Origin: an uncultured delta proteobacterium
Lineage (GTDB): Bacteria > Myxococcota_A > Polyangia > Polyangiales > Polyangiaceae
Length of the DNA stretch: 64,000 nucleotides
Reading direction: 5' to 3'
NCBI GenBank assembly: GCA_963716725.1
Contig: CAVQUB010000008.1
Location: 359,889 to 423,888, forward strand
Positions 48,849 through 60,600 of the stretch are shown in pieces. Each line of letters opens with the position of its first letter. The first letter of the stretch is position 1. The notes under the pieces were generated by a model that saw only the letters and a program-made list of their open reading frames with translations, was not told the DNA's origin and did not search any database. A program made the translations under genes and the position numbers.

Positions 48849-49010
48849 GACGACCACCCCTCCGGCCCTCCGGGTGTTCCGAAGCCGCTCCTGGGAAGTC
48901 CCCGACGGGCTCTGGTGCGGCTCGCGGCCACGAGCCCCTGCAGGCGGAGCTGTTCGACGACCACCCCTCCGGGTGTTCCGAAGCGGCTCCTGGGAAGTCC
49001 CCGGAGGGGG
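48849..49010. repeat. Two REP/MITE-like direct repeats
   Basis: CCCTCCGGGTGTTCCGAAGC(C/G)GCTCCTGGGAAGTCCCC at about 48866 and 48965; the second has inverted ends CCCCTCCGGG/CCCGGAGGGG. Confidence 0.75.
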
Positions 49011-49259
49011 ACGCGCACTGAAGCGCGCTCGACGAGGCCGACCCGCGCCCGCCTGCACCTTCCTTGCACACTCCGCCGTCGTTGGGTTCGGGCGGAGCCC
49101 CCCCCCATACCCTCCGACGCGCCCTGCGACCACCTCCCGCGCCGAAATCTCTCCTCGGCGCCGCTGCCCGCTGCCGCCCACATCCTCCAGGCCACCGCCG
49201 ACGCGGGCTTGTAACACCTACGCGCATTGACCGATGGCGCCGCGGTACGGCTGTCTGCT

Positions 49260-49865
49260 CTAGCTCGGGCAGCAGATGTAGGGAGGCGAGCCCTCACACC
49301 CCGACGGCACGGAACCGCCTTGAGGACACGAGTACCCGGCCGGCGGCTTGTTTATCGATTTGCAGACCGCATCGTAACCGGAGTAGCGGACGCACGAACC
49401 CTCCGGGCAGCAAGTCATGAGGTTGCCGACAGCCACGCACCCGGAACTAACGGTGCCGCCACCGTATTTCATCGGCTGCCCCGGACTAAAACAGTGATAC
49501 CCGTATAGCGGGCAGGCCGTTTGCCCCGACATGGCTGCGCAGTCCCCGACCTGGCAGTTGTCGCTTTGCCCCGTCGGCGCGGGCCCAACGGCCGTGCACT
49601 GAGTCCCACCGCCGACGCCGCTCGCGCCTCCAGTAGCCGATGCCCCACCAGAGCCGCCTGAAGTTCCCCCACCTGACGATGTGCCGCCGCCAGACGTGCT
49701 TGTACCGCCAACACCGCCGGACGCACCGCCGCTGCCGCCGGAGCCCCCAACAGCGCCGCCACCGCCGCCACCGCTGCCGCTGCCATCGCCGCCACCGCCA
49801 TCGCTCGCGCTGCAACCTAGGGCCAGCGTTCCAAGCACGACCACGACGGTCAAGTTACGGCGCAT
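49260..49865 (-). CDS. Gly/Cys-rich lipoprotein
   Basis: Lipobox ALGC, Gly-Ser linker, Cys-rich C-terminus. Confidence 0.75.
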   Translation of the reverse strand: MRRNLTVVVVLGTLALGCSASDGGGGDGSGSGGGGGGAVGGSGGSGGASGGVGGTSTSGGGTSSGGGTSGGSGGASATGGASGVGGGTQCTAVGPAPTGQSDNCQVGDCAAMSGQTACPLYGYHCFSPGQPMKYGGGTVSSGCVAVGNLMTCCPEGSCVRYSGYDAVCKSINKPPAGYSCPQGGSVPSGCEGSPPYICCPS

Positions 49866-49882
49866 CGTTCCGCTTTTCATTT

Positions 49883-50110
49883 CTACGCTCCCTGTGTGGA
49901 AGACGAAGGTACGTTCGGAGCGATTTCTTCCCAGCCGTACGTCGGGTCCGGCAGGAAAGTGAGTCCTCCACCCCAGCGTTGATTCTTCGCGTCTCCGGCC
50001 CAAACCGAAACGAGCCAACCACCAGGCACTTTGGCACGGTACGTAAAGCCCTTCGGTAGCGATTGATGGTGCCAGTCGTCGTCCACGACGTTCCATTCAA
50101 GCTTGGCCAT
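49883..50110 (-). CDS. Small conserved hypothetical protein
   Basis: TYRAKVPGGWLV...GGGLTFLPDP...W motif. Confidence 0.6.
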   Translation of the reverse strand: MAKLEWNVVDDDWHHQSLPKGFTYRAKVPGGWLVSVWAGDAKNQRWGGGLTFLPDPTYGWEEIAPNVPSSSTQGA

Positions 50111-50316
50111 TGCGACGACCGTAGGCTCGACGCCACAGAGCGTCAATTGTGGCCGCGCCGTCGGTTCCTCGTGTCCTTCCGGCAAGCGCTCCTTCTTCCA
50201 ATTCAGGTCATACATCACGAAGGGTTCTTCATCCGACGCCCGAGACAGAAAGGGCAAAATCCCGCTTGGTGGGCCAGACGCTCGACGACTTGGGTGTCGC
50301 GGCGTAGCATTCGCGA

Positions 50317-51537
50317 ATGCTTCGCGGGACGTTGGCGCTGGCGGTCTTGGGGTTGTTCGCGGCGTGCAGCAGCAGCACGACGAATGAAGCTGCAGGCGGC
50401 GGGTCCTCCACGGGTGGGTCCTCCACGGGCGGGTCCTCCACGGGTGGGTCCTCCACGGGTGGGTCCTCCACGGGTGGGTCCGCGGGGACCGGCGGCGCAA
50501 CTGGTGGAAGCGGGGGTGGAGACCCCTGCGCCGACGGCAAGAAGAACGGCGCGGAGATCGCCGTCGATTGTGGCGGCGGCTGCCCGGGCTGCAAGGACGG
50601 CACGGCGTGCAGCTCTGGTAGTGACTGCTCGAACGGGTTCTGCGTGGATGGTCTGTGCTGCAACTCGGAGTGCACTGGAACTTGTCAGTCGTGCAAGGAC
50701 ACGAGCACCCCCGGCACTTGTGGTCCAGTCGCTGCGGGGCAGGACCCGGGGACCGAGTGTACCGGCGCCGACAACTGCGACGGTGCGGGAAAGTGCGGCT
50801 GCTCCAACGGGATCAAGGACGGCGCGGAGACCGGCGCCGACTGCGGCGGGCCTTGTGGGGCGTGCGGTGGCAACTGCAGCGACAGCATCAAGAACAATGG
50901 CGAGTCGGACGTCGATTGCGGCGGACCCAATTGTGGGAAATGTGGAGTGGGGAAGACTTGCGGCGGCGGGCCAGACTGCGTCACCACCGTGTGTTACGCC
51001 GGAACGTGCTGTCAGCCTCAATCGCCGTGTGGCGGCAAGAACTGCGGAAACCTCGCCAACAACTGTGGGCAACAGGTCTCCTGTGGCCCCGCCTGTAGCG
51101 GCGCCACCCCCGTGTGCGCTGCAAACACCTGCGTGCAGTGCGCGAGCGGCGCGATCAAGACCTGCGGCAACTGTGGGACCTCGACCTGCTCCGCGGCTGG
51201 CGTTTGGGGGGGATGTTTGGGAGAGGGGTGCGCGCCGGGCAGCGTCACGTGGGGCAATCCCTGTGGCAACTGCGGCACGGAGAAGTCCGTCTGCACCGTA
51301 CAGTGCAAGCCTGGCGCTGCGACTTGCGAGAACCAGGGTGTCTGCGCGCCGGGCTCCAAGAAGGCCAAGTGCTGCTGTTCGGGCAGTTCCACGACCGGGT
51401 GCGAGCTGGACGTCTGCAAAACCGACTGCCAATGGTTGCCGCCTACGGGTTGCTACGCCGGGAGCAATTGTACGGGCGAGCAGGTCTGCAAAGACGCTTG
51501 TACAGGTCAGGGCGACACCTGCAACAACACATGCTGA
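50317..51537 (+). CDS. Cys-rich repeat lipoprotein
   Basis: Lipobox FAAC, (GGSST)x5, three KNG.E..VDCGG.C-type repeats, CVDG.CC; TAGCAT 6 nt upstream of ATG. Confidence 0.85.
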   Translation: MLRGTLALAVLGLFAACSSSTTNEAAGGGSSTGGSSTGGSSTGGSSTGGSSTGGSAGTGGATGGSGGGDPCADGKKNGAEIAVDCGGGCPGCKDGTACSSGSDCSNGFCVDGLCCNSECTGTCQSCKDTSTPGTCGPVAAGQDPGTECTGADNCDGAGKCGCSNGIKDGAETGADCGGPCGACGGNCSDSIKNNGESDVDCGGPNCGKCGVGKTCGGGPDCVTTVCYAGTCCQPQSPCGGKNCGNLANNCGQQVSCGPACSGATPVCAANTCVQCASGAIKTCGNCGTSTCSAAGVWGGCLGEGCAPGSVTWGNPCGNCGTEKSVCTVQCKPGAATCENQGVCAPGSKKAKCCCSGSSTTGCELDVCKTDCQWLPPTGCYAGSNCTGEQVCKDACTGQGDTCNNTC

Positions 51538-51603
51538 GCGGGAGTTGCCCTCAAAGCATGCCGCGCACAGTCGGTGGGTTCTACCGGCTACGCGAACGTG
51601 CGC

Positions 51604-51900
51604 GTAGGAAGAACGGTATCCGGAGCACGGACCCCGTTCTTCCGACCGGTCGCGTAAGTCGGCAGAGTCGGGGGCATGACAGCAACGGAAACGAAATGGG
51701 TTGAGCGGGTTCGGCAGTGGAGGGCGAGCGGCAAGCGGGCGGAGGAGTTCGCCTCGGGGCTGCCGTACAAGGCCTCGACGCTGAAGTGGTGGGCGACGGA
51801 GCTGCGGCGCCGAGCCGAAGGTCGCTCCCGAGCGAGCCGGCCCCGAGCTGGCGCGACGACGATCCGTATGGCGCGGGTCGTTGCGCGTCCGGGCGCGCGC
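51604..51900 (+). mobile_element. IS66 left-end remnant with tnpA fragment (ATG at 51676)
   Basis: KWVERVRQWRASG...EFA......STLKWW...L; upstream inverted repeat GTAGGAAGAACGG/CCGTTCTTCCGAC. Confidence 0.65.
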
Positions 51901-52301
51901 TCGCGCGAGCATCCGCGGACATGGGAGCGATCGATCTGCTCGCCGGTCTGACGGGTGGAGTCCGCGCGGCGCAATGCCGCCGGCGAAGCGCTTCGCATTT
52001 TCGTGCGAGCGGGTGTGCCGAGGTGGGAGAGGCGCGGCGTCGGGACCTGAGCGCTTGCGCGAAACACGCACAATCAGCGCGCGCGGAGGAAATGGGCGAG
52101 CGGCTGCCGAACATCGCCGTCGTCACTCCGGGGCCGCGCCGAGGTACTGAACGATGCACGAGTCCTCCTGGCCGTCCAGAACTCACGCTCTCGTACTGTT
52201 CCACAACCGGATCCCTCGGTCACGCCGCGTCTCGGGGGTAGTAGCGGAGCGTTCCGCCAAGCCTCTCGCGGCACCTGACTGGTCCGGCCGCGCTGGCGGG
52301 T

Positions 52302-52880
52302 TGTGGGTGGTGAAAACCCAACTTCGCCGGCAGAATCGTGATCACGCTGCGAGTCTCGTGTATCGGTGGTGCAATCCGCCGACCCTCGGAAGCTCGACGA
52401 CGCGACCTACCGAGCGAGGCTCGACGGGACGCGACTCCGGGCAGTCGTTGGCGAGGCCCTGGTGCGTCCGATCCGCGTGGTAGTAGCTGAGAAATTCATG
52501 GAGCGTCCGTCGCAGGTGGGCCTCGTTCCAGATGATCACGTGGTCGAGACAGTCGCGACGAGCCGTCCCGATCCAGCGCTCGCAGTATGGATTTTGCCAC
52601 GGCGAGCGGTAGGCCGTGAGCACTTCCTCGATTCCGAGATCGCCGATGCGCTTTCGCAGGAACGCGCCGTAAATGCTGTCGCACCCCTTCGGGTATCCCT
52701 CGCCAGGGACTTCCCAGGGTCGTCGCGAAGCGCGTCGGTCTCGGATGAGAAACCTGGGGGCCGTGTCGAATGGAAAGGCCTGGACCACCTGCTGCGCAGT
52801 CCACTGCGCCGACGGGCTCGAGGTGACGTTGAAGTACACGACGCGCCTGCGCTCGTGCGAAACGATGACGAGCACGTACA
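52302..52880 (-). mobile_element. Integrase-core (rve) transposase, C-terminal half with element end
   Basis: NVT..P...WTAQQ, RFLIRD, SPWQNPYCERWIGT.RRDCLDH, YH..RTHQ.L, GGLHHRY. Confidence 0.9.
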
Positions 52881-52884
52881 GAAT

Positions 52885-53203
52885 GCCGATTGACTACTCC
52901 AGCACCTGGTACATGTCGCGAGTCGGGGGCTACCAGACCATCACCACAGGCGCGCTCGCTCCCGGTGCCACGCACACGACGCTCGCGTCGTCGCAGCAGG
53001 AGCCCGCCGGTGTTGCCGTGGACGCCACACACGTCTACTGGGCCTCGCGCCAGGCAGGAGCGATTCGCCGCGTGAAGATCTCCGGCGGTGCGGTCGAGGA
53101 ACTCGCGTCTGGGCAGTCCGACCCGATGTTCGTCGCGCTGGACACCGCCGCCGTGTACTGGACGGACCAGGGCGCGGGGACGGCAATGAAAGTGGCGAAG
53201 TGA
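52885..53203 (+). pseudogene. C-terminal fragment of a beta-propeller repeat protein
   Basis: GVAVDATHVYW and VALDTAAVYWT repeats; 5' end abuts the IS fragment. Confidence 0.65.
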
Positions 53204-53211
53204 TACGGCAC

Positions 53212-53613
53212 CTATTTGAAGCTTGGTGAGCCGCAATTCCGGCAACGCGATCCATCAAGTGCGGTGATCTCGCCGCAGTGTCTGCACCTAATTACCATGG
53301 TCTGCCGTTCGATGACCCGGCTTTGGACAACGACCGTGCTGCGCACGTCGAACTCGGGTCCGCGCAAGCGTACCGCCCTGAGCGGAACCATGTTCGTTTG
53401 GCCGTTCGGGAAGGCGACGACAACTCCGCGCGCATCCCAGGTCGAGACGACTGGGGGATAGCTGCGCCCGTCGGTCCAAACGACGTTCACTGGCATCCCA
53501 CGACGAAGGGCAGACGAAGGCGACGGATTGGCTCCGCTGTGCGCGACTGGCGCGAGCTCGGCGTTCGCGGGCTCGAGCACGCGAACAGAGCCCACGGGCT
53601 GGATCTCGTGCAT
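53212..53613 (-). CDS. Small protein with C-terminal zinc ribbon
   Basis: CRHCG...CRNCG; SH3/Tudor-like V.WTDGRSYP. Confidence 0.5.
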   Translation of the reverse strand: MHEIQPVGSVRVLEPANAELAPVAHSGANPSPSSALRRGMPVNVVWTDGRSYPPVVSTWDARGVVVAFPNGQTNMVPLRAVRLRGPEFDVRSTVVVQSRVIERQTMVIRCRHCGEITALDGSRCRNCGSPSFK

Positions 53614-53657
53614 CGTGGTGTTGGGTCATCGTTTCAAACTGCGGCCACGCCGGCGCC

Positions 53658-54197
53658 GTGGCCGGGCTGCTCGCCCGAGGTCGGGCGGTCGCGCGGGAAG
53701 CGGCGCGACCCAGGCCAGTGCTGATCGGCCTGGCGGTCGATGCGTTCCGATCACGCGAGGAGCTCCTGGTCGAGAACGCGCTGCTCCGCCAGCAGCTCAT
53801 CGTGGCCGCACGCGCCGTCACGCGCCCGAAGTTCCGAGGGTACGAGCGTGGACTCATCGTATTCTTCGCCGCTTTCGCACGTCACTGGGCGAACGCGCTC
53901 TTGCTCGTGCGACCCGAAACGATCACGCGCTGGCACCGTCACGGGTTTCGGCTCTTCTGGCGCTGGAAGTCGCTGCGTCGCAGGTCAACGGAGCCCCGCG
54001 TGAAGCCGGAGACCATCGAGCTCATTCGGGCGATGGCACGCGACAACCGGCTCTGGGGCGCGGAGCGCATCCGCGGAGAGCTCTTGAAACTCGGCATCCA
54101 CGTCGCCAAGCGAACGGTGCAGAAGTACATGCGGTCTGCGCGACCGCGCACACCGTCGGGCCCGTCGGTTCCGCGAGCGCCCACCCTCACGCCGTGA
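53658..54197 (+). mobile_element. Integrase-core transposase, N-terminal half
   Basis: ENALLRQQL, VRPETITRWHR.GFR.FW..KS, MARDN.LWGAERIRGELLKLGI.V..RTV.KYM. Confidence 0.9.
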
Positions 54198-54339
54198 ACG
54201 TGAACGTCTCGCCGTCGAGGCCGACCTGGATGGTGGTGCCTTCGGGCTGCCTCTCGACTGACCGGGTCGGTCGGGGCGGGCGAGCCGCCGACCTCGACTC
54301 CAAGGAGCGCCCCCGCGCCCATGGTCGCCGACCGCCACC

Positions 54340-56186
54340 TGACTTCGCCACTTCGCCACCTCGCGAGGGGCAAATGCAGCGGGTTTTTGCCCTCATCCCG
54401 CTGGCACGCCGCTCGCTGATGCGTCCGTGACATGGGCCACCCCGCGCACGCGCTGTCGACATGCCCGAGCGGTCGCGTCCCCGTCACCGGCCGGAGAGCA
54501 CCGTGCTCTATCAGACGGTCCGTGGCGCACTGGCCGACGTTTCTCGAGCACGCCGAGGAGCACGGCGGCTTGCCGCGCTTCGTGGTCAAGGAGTTCGAGG
54601 AGTACCTTCGCTGCGGTCGGCTGGAGCGGGGCTGTCTGCGTCTGGTGTGCCGCCGACTGCGGGTACTCCGAGCTGGTCGCGTTCAGCTGCAAGAAGAGGG
54701 GATTCTGCCCCTCTTGCCTCGGTCGTCGGATGGCGGACACCGCCGTCCACTTGGAGCAAAGCGTCCTGCCGCGCGTGCCCATCCGTCACTGGATTTGCTC
54801 GCTGCCGTGGGGCCTGCGCGCCTTGCTCGGCTACGACCGCAAGCTCTGCGCCGAGGTCGTGAGCGCGTTCATGGCTGAGGTGGACCGCTCGCTGCGCTGG
54901 CGAGCGAAGCGTGAGCTCGGCCTCGGCAGCATGGCGGTCGCCCACACGGGCGCGGTGGTGGCCGTACAGCGCGCGGACAGCGCCCTCCGGCTCAACGTCC
55001 ACTTCCACGCGCTCGTGCTCGACGGCGTGTACGTGCATCAGGACGACGACCCGAGCGCTCCGCTCGAGTTCCGCGAGCTCGTCACGCCATCGCACGCCGA
55101 CATCGCGGAGGTCGCGTCACGCACGGCGACACGCATCGAGAAGATCCTGCGCGCGCACGGACGGAGCCTCGACCCCGAGCTCGACGACGGCTCACCACCC
55201 GACCTCGCCCTCGACGAGCCCGGCCTCGCTGCCTGCTACGCCGCTGCGGCCCGGGGCATCTCGGTCAGCGGAGACCGCGCCGGCCAGCCGCCGCTCCGAC
55301 TCATCGCGTCGCCGGAGCCACCCGCGCGCCCTCGCGCCGTCGACGCGACCGACCAGCCCATCGTCGACGCGACCGACCAGCCCATCGCCGAGGTCCGCGG
55401 CATCAACATCCACGCCGTGCAGGTCGTGGACGGCCGGGATCGCCGGAGAGTGGAGCGGCTCTGCAAGTACATTACACGCCCTCCCGTCGCGCAGGACCGC
55501 CTCGAGCGCCGCGCGGACGGCAAGCTCGAGCTCGGCTTCAAGCGGGCGTGGCGGGACGGCACGCGCGCGCTCGTGTTCGAGCCCGCGGACATCATCCCGC
55601 GTCTGGTCGCCGCGGTGCCGCCGCCACGATTCCATTTGCTCCGCTACTTCGGCGTCTTGTCGAGCCACTCTTCGCGGCGCCGGTCGTCGTACCGACGCCC
55701 ACGCGCGACGCGACCGCGAACAAGCCCCCCCGCGCGCGGCGATCAGCTCGAGCTGCTCGGCGAGCGGGACGACGCGCCGGCGCCGCGCAACCGCTGGGCG
55801 TGGCTGCTCGCGCATGTCTTCGCCGCCGACGTCGAGACCTGCCCGCGCTGCTCGGGTCCGATGCGCTGGGCCGAGCTCGCCAAGACGCGCGCGGAGAGCA
55901 CCCGCTTGCTCGCGGAGCATGGCCTCGGGCCGCGAGCGCCACCGGTCGAGCACGCAAGGTGCGCGTGCCCGAGCAGTTGATGTTGGGGTTCGGGGAGGGG
56001 TGAGGCGTCGGTGAGCGCCTCGCCGAGGGCGGAGCTGTGTCCTGCGCCGGGCGCGACGCGGAGAAGCTCTGCCGAACGGCGCCTTTCGGCCGCCCCGCGA
56101 GGGTTCGTGGGCAGCACTCGACCCGACCATCGACGCCGCGTACCCTTCGACTCGGTGGAATTTGGCAGTTCGATTGCCTTACGCGC
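54340..56186 (+). mobile_element. IS91-family element, copy 1 (transposase about 54432-56003, frameshifted)
   Basis: HRPESTVLY, YLRCG, AFSCKKRGFCPSC, HUH motif NVHFHAL..DG, LCKYITRPP, RYFGVL; 3' end ...GTTCGATTGCCTTACGCGC. Confidence 0.92.
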
Positions 56187-56241
56187 CCTTACGCGCCACC
56201 GATCGGTTCGGGGTGTCGTGGCAGATCATACCCGAGCGCTA

Positions 56242-57374
56242 CCGCTCAAGCTCCGGCCGAGCTCGACACGCCATCGCACGCCGACATCGCGGAGGTCGCG
56301 TCACGCACGGCGACACGCATCGAGAAGATCCTGCGCGCGCACGGACGGAGCCTCGACCCCGAGCTCGACGACGGCTCACCACCCGACCTCGCCCTCGACG
56401 AGCCCGGCCTCGCTGCCTGCTACGCCGCTGCGGCCCGGGGCATCTCGGTCAGCGGAGACCGCGCCGGCCAGCCGCCGCTCCGACTCATCGCGTCGCCGGA
56501 GCCACCCGCGCGCCCTCGCGCCGTCGACGCGACCGACCAGCCCATCGTCGACGCGACCGACCAGCCCATCGCCGAGGTCCGCGGCATCAACATCCACGCC
56601 GTGCAGGTCGTGGACGGCCGGGATCGCCGGAGAGTGGAGCGGCTCTGCAAGTACATTACACGCCCTCCCGTCGCGCAGGACCGCCTCGAGCGCCGCGCGG
56701 ACGGCAAGCTCGAGCTCGGCTTCAAGCGGGCGTGGCGGGACGGCACGCGCGCGCTCGTGTTCGAGCCCGCGGACATCATCCCGCGTCTGGTCGCCGCGGT
56801 GCCGCCGCCACGATTCCATTTGCTCCGCTACTTCGGCGTCTTGTCGAGCCACTCTTCGCGGCGCCGGCGCGTCGTCCCGACGCCCACGCGCGACGCGACC
56901 GCGAACAAGCCCCCTCCCGCGCGCGGCGATCAGCTCGAGCTGCTCGGCGAGCGGGACGACGCGCCGGCGCCGCGCAACCGCTGGGCGTGGCTGCTCGCGC
57001 ATGTCTTCGCCGCCGACGTCGAGACCTGCCCGCGCTGCTCGGGTCCGATGCGCTGGGCCGAGCTCGCCAAGACGCGCGCGGAGAGCACCCGCTTGCTCGC
57101 GGAGCATGGCCTCGGGCCGCGAGCGCCACCGGTCGAGCACGCGAAGGTGCGCGTGCCCGAGCAGTTGATGTTGGGGTTCGGGGAGGGGTGAGGCGTCGGT
57201 GAGCGCCTCGCCGAGGGCGGAGCTGTGTCCTGCGCCGGGCGCGACGCGGAGAAGCTCTGCCGAACGGCGCCTTTCGGCCGCCCCGCAGGGGTTCGTGGGC
57301 AGCACTCGACCCGACCATCGACGCCGCGTACCCTTCGACTCGGTGGAATTTGGCAGTTCGATTGCCTTACGCGC
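56242..57374 (+). mobile_element. IS91-family element, copy 2 (3' half)
   Basis: Near-identical to about 55060-56186, same 3' end. Confidence 0.9.
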
Positions 57375-57699
57375 TGCCCGACGCGGCGAACTGGAAGGTC
57401 GGTGTCGTGCAGAGCATCGGCTACAAGCCGGTCTTCAGCGACACCTGCTCGGCGCTCGAGCTCTCGGGCACGGTTTTCATCGACGTCGACATGACACGTG
57501 GCATGAACGCGACGGCCGCGTTCACGCCCGGTGACGCTGGCATCAAGAAGATCCTGCGCGCGCACGGACGGAGGCTCGACCCCGAGCTCGACGCGGCTCA
57601 GCACCGCACGCCCGCGCCGCAGCGCGGCTCGGTGCCTGCTACGCCGCTGCGACCGGGGCGTGTACGCAGCGGCACAGAAAACTGGTGGTTGGTCACTCC

Positions 57700-60600
57700 G
57701 CCGCGCACCGGCACTTCAAAGAAGAATTCCGCGTGCTCTCCGGCTTGCTCCACCCGAACTTGGTCCGGGTCTATGAGCTGGGCGAGGACGCGGGAGGTCT
57801 CTACTTCACCATGGAGGCCGTCGAAGGAGTTTCTCTCGACGAGTGGGTTCGGGTTCGGGACTCGCTGACGGCACTGCGGCATGTTTTGCCACAAATCCTG
57901 GATGCGCTGGCCTTCATCGATGCCCACGGCGTCGTGCATCGCGACCTGAAGCCACACAACGTGCTGGTCGATCACGACGGAATCGCAAAGCTGGTCGACT
58001 TCGGCGTGCTCGGGCGCATGCAGGCTGGTGCCGCCGAGCGAGAGCGCGCCATTGTCGTTGGCACGCCGGGCTATGTGCCACCCGAACAGATCCGCGGAGA
58101 GCCGCCGAACCGGCCAACGATCTGTACGCGCTTGGGTGTATGCTGTTCGAGTTGATCGCTTGCCGCCCGGTGTTCGAGGGCACCCGCGCGGAGCAGTTGG
58201 AAGCGCATGGGAATTGCCTGCCACCTCGACTGTCCGAAGTGTTCCCGCCCGCGCCGCCGCTCTTCGATCAAGTGTGTCGCGAGCTCCTGGACAAGCTGGC
58301 CCACCGGCGCCCGACGGCCGCAGAGCTTCGGCGGCGACTCGAGGGGACGTTGGCGGCGCCCCAGGACGGACGCCTGCCGCGGCCACGCTCGCTGCGCGAG
58401 CTCGTCGGCCGGGACTCCCTGCTGGAGAGCTTACGTGAGTGCTGGCGCGAGAATCCTGGCTGCTCGTGCTCTACGGTCCGAATGGCGTCGGCAAGAGTGC
58501 GCTCGCGGAGCACTTGGCCGTGGACCTGGAGCGAGATGGACACTTGGTGCTTCGAAGTCGGCCGCGCCCCACCGAGCGCGTGGCCTACAACGCCATCGAT
58601 GGCGCGGTGGATGATCTGGCTCGCGTGCTCTCGCGGCGAGACAGCGTTGCGGACAGACGTCGTGGCGGCCGTCGGAACCGCGCGCCGAAATCTCCCAGCT
58701 CTGACGACCAGCGGGTTCCCCGCGAATGAGCGCGACAAAGAGCTCGTTCGTTTGCGGCTGTTCGGGAAGAGAGCAGCGCCAGTGCGTGCGGTGGTGTTCG
58801 ACGCATTACACCGCCTCATGCAGGACGCCGCGGGCACCGGCGGGCGCGTGACGCTGGTGATCGACGACTTCCAGTGGGCGGACAGCGATTCGCTCTTGCT
58901 GCTGTCACATCTCGGAGCGGCCACTGACGGTCGTACCACCGTGATCGCCACGCTGCGGGATGACCTGGGCGAAACTGCGACCGATGGCTGGCTGAAGAAA
59001 CAAAAGCGAAGTACCCGCACCCGTGTTCCGCCGCTCGAGGCCGAGTCGGTCTCGGAGATCGTCGAGCGCACCGCGCGCTCTGCCGGTCACATCCCCTCAC
59101 GACAGGAGGTCAGCGAGGCCGCGTCGCGCTGCGATGGTCGGCCGATGCTGGCAGAGGTCGCCGGTCACGCGCTGGCACTCACTGGGCAGCCGAATCTACA
59201 CGGGCTGATCGCGCGACGCACGGACATCGAGCGGAAGGTCTTGGCGTTGCTGGTGGCTGCTGACGACTGGACGACACTTCCAGCGATTGCGAGCGTCATG
59301 GGCGAGCCGCTCGGTGTTGTGGACCAAGCAGTCGCCGCAATGGCAGACGACGGGTTCGTGCGACGCGGTGGCCACGCGCGGATCGACAGTGAGGTCGACA
59401 TCTATCACGACTTGGTTCGGCGAACTGCGCTCGAGGTGCTGGAAAAGAGTCTGCCGTGGTGTCACCACGCCTGGGCCGAGTACTGGCTCGGCATCCGCAC
59501 AGCCCCGCCCGAGCGCTGCGTTCGACACCTGCTCGGCGCTGGGCGGACCGTCGAGGCAGCGCGCCTGGCCGAACCCGCGGCAAAGGCAGCGGCGAAGCGT
59601 GGGGCCTACGCTCTCGCGGCGGAAATGTACGCCATCGCGCTGCTGGACTCGGTGCGGGAAAGAGGGCCGCTGCTTCGGGCGCGCGCTGAGGCGTTGGAGA
59701 GAGTCGGAGCCTACGTGCAGGCCGCGGAGACGTGGGCCGAATACGCTGCCTTGGCACCGGTCGGGGAGCGCGCCGACCTCGCGTTGTCCGAGGCGCACGC
59801 CCTCATTGCTGGCAACGAGGTCGCACGCGGCCTCGAGCGCCTCGACCGTGCCCTCGCGCAGAGCGGCGATTAAAACACGCAGGCACGCGGTCCGGGCGCG
59901 CTGCTCACCGCGGCAACATTCCTGCTTGGCCCTTCCGGGCGCCACGCGCGTCGCGCGCTCGGTTATCTTGCCCCCAGGGCCCGCGGCCGCCGCGTGGGTC
60001 GCACGTCGCCGCAACGTGACGTGAAGCTCGGCATTTTGCTCTCGTTCATTCGATCCCCCAAACGGGATCAGGTACCTGTTGCGAGCATGCGACGGGTACG
60101 CGCGGGCGCGGGCACGACAAGAGGAGGCACAGTGCCACTACATGTTCGTCGCGCTGGCCCTGATTGGCAGTCGGCATGAGCGTGTGCGGCTCGCCGACGC
60201 ATACGAAGCCCGCGCCCAGCAGTTGGCTGGCGCGGAGCCGAGCCAAGAGAATCGCGCAATGGCTGGGTTCGTTGCGGGGCTGCGCGCGCTCCGGCGGGGT
60301 GACTGGGCGAGGTCGCGCGACGTGCTGCAGCAGGCTTCCACAGATTTCGACCGCGTCGGCGCTAGCAGCGAACGTTTGATGGCAACTTCGTGGGGGACGA
60401 TGGCCGATGCCTATCGTCAGGATCTGCCCGCGATGCGCCGGCACCTCGTCTGGTTCCGCAAGAACCTGAAGGAGCTCGACAGCGCGCTCGTCGCTGCGCA
60501 CGTCGAGCTCTTAGCTCTCCTACGTTTCATATCTGGAGGGGAACTTCGACGAAGCTCGGGAGCAGGTCGACGGAATCGTTCGCATGTACGCTGGAGATCA

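Noticed and set aside
50215..52071. Long Arg/Ala/Pro-rich alternative-frame ORFs here and throughout (e.g. 5711-7555, 3830-5236)
   Set aside because: Shadow ORFs expected at high GC; they overlap better-supported genes and have no recognisable motifs.
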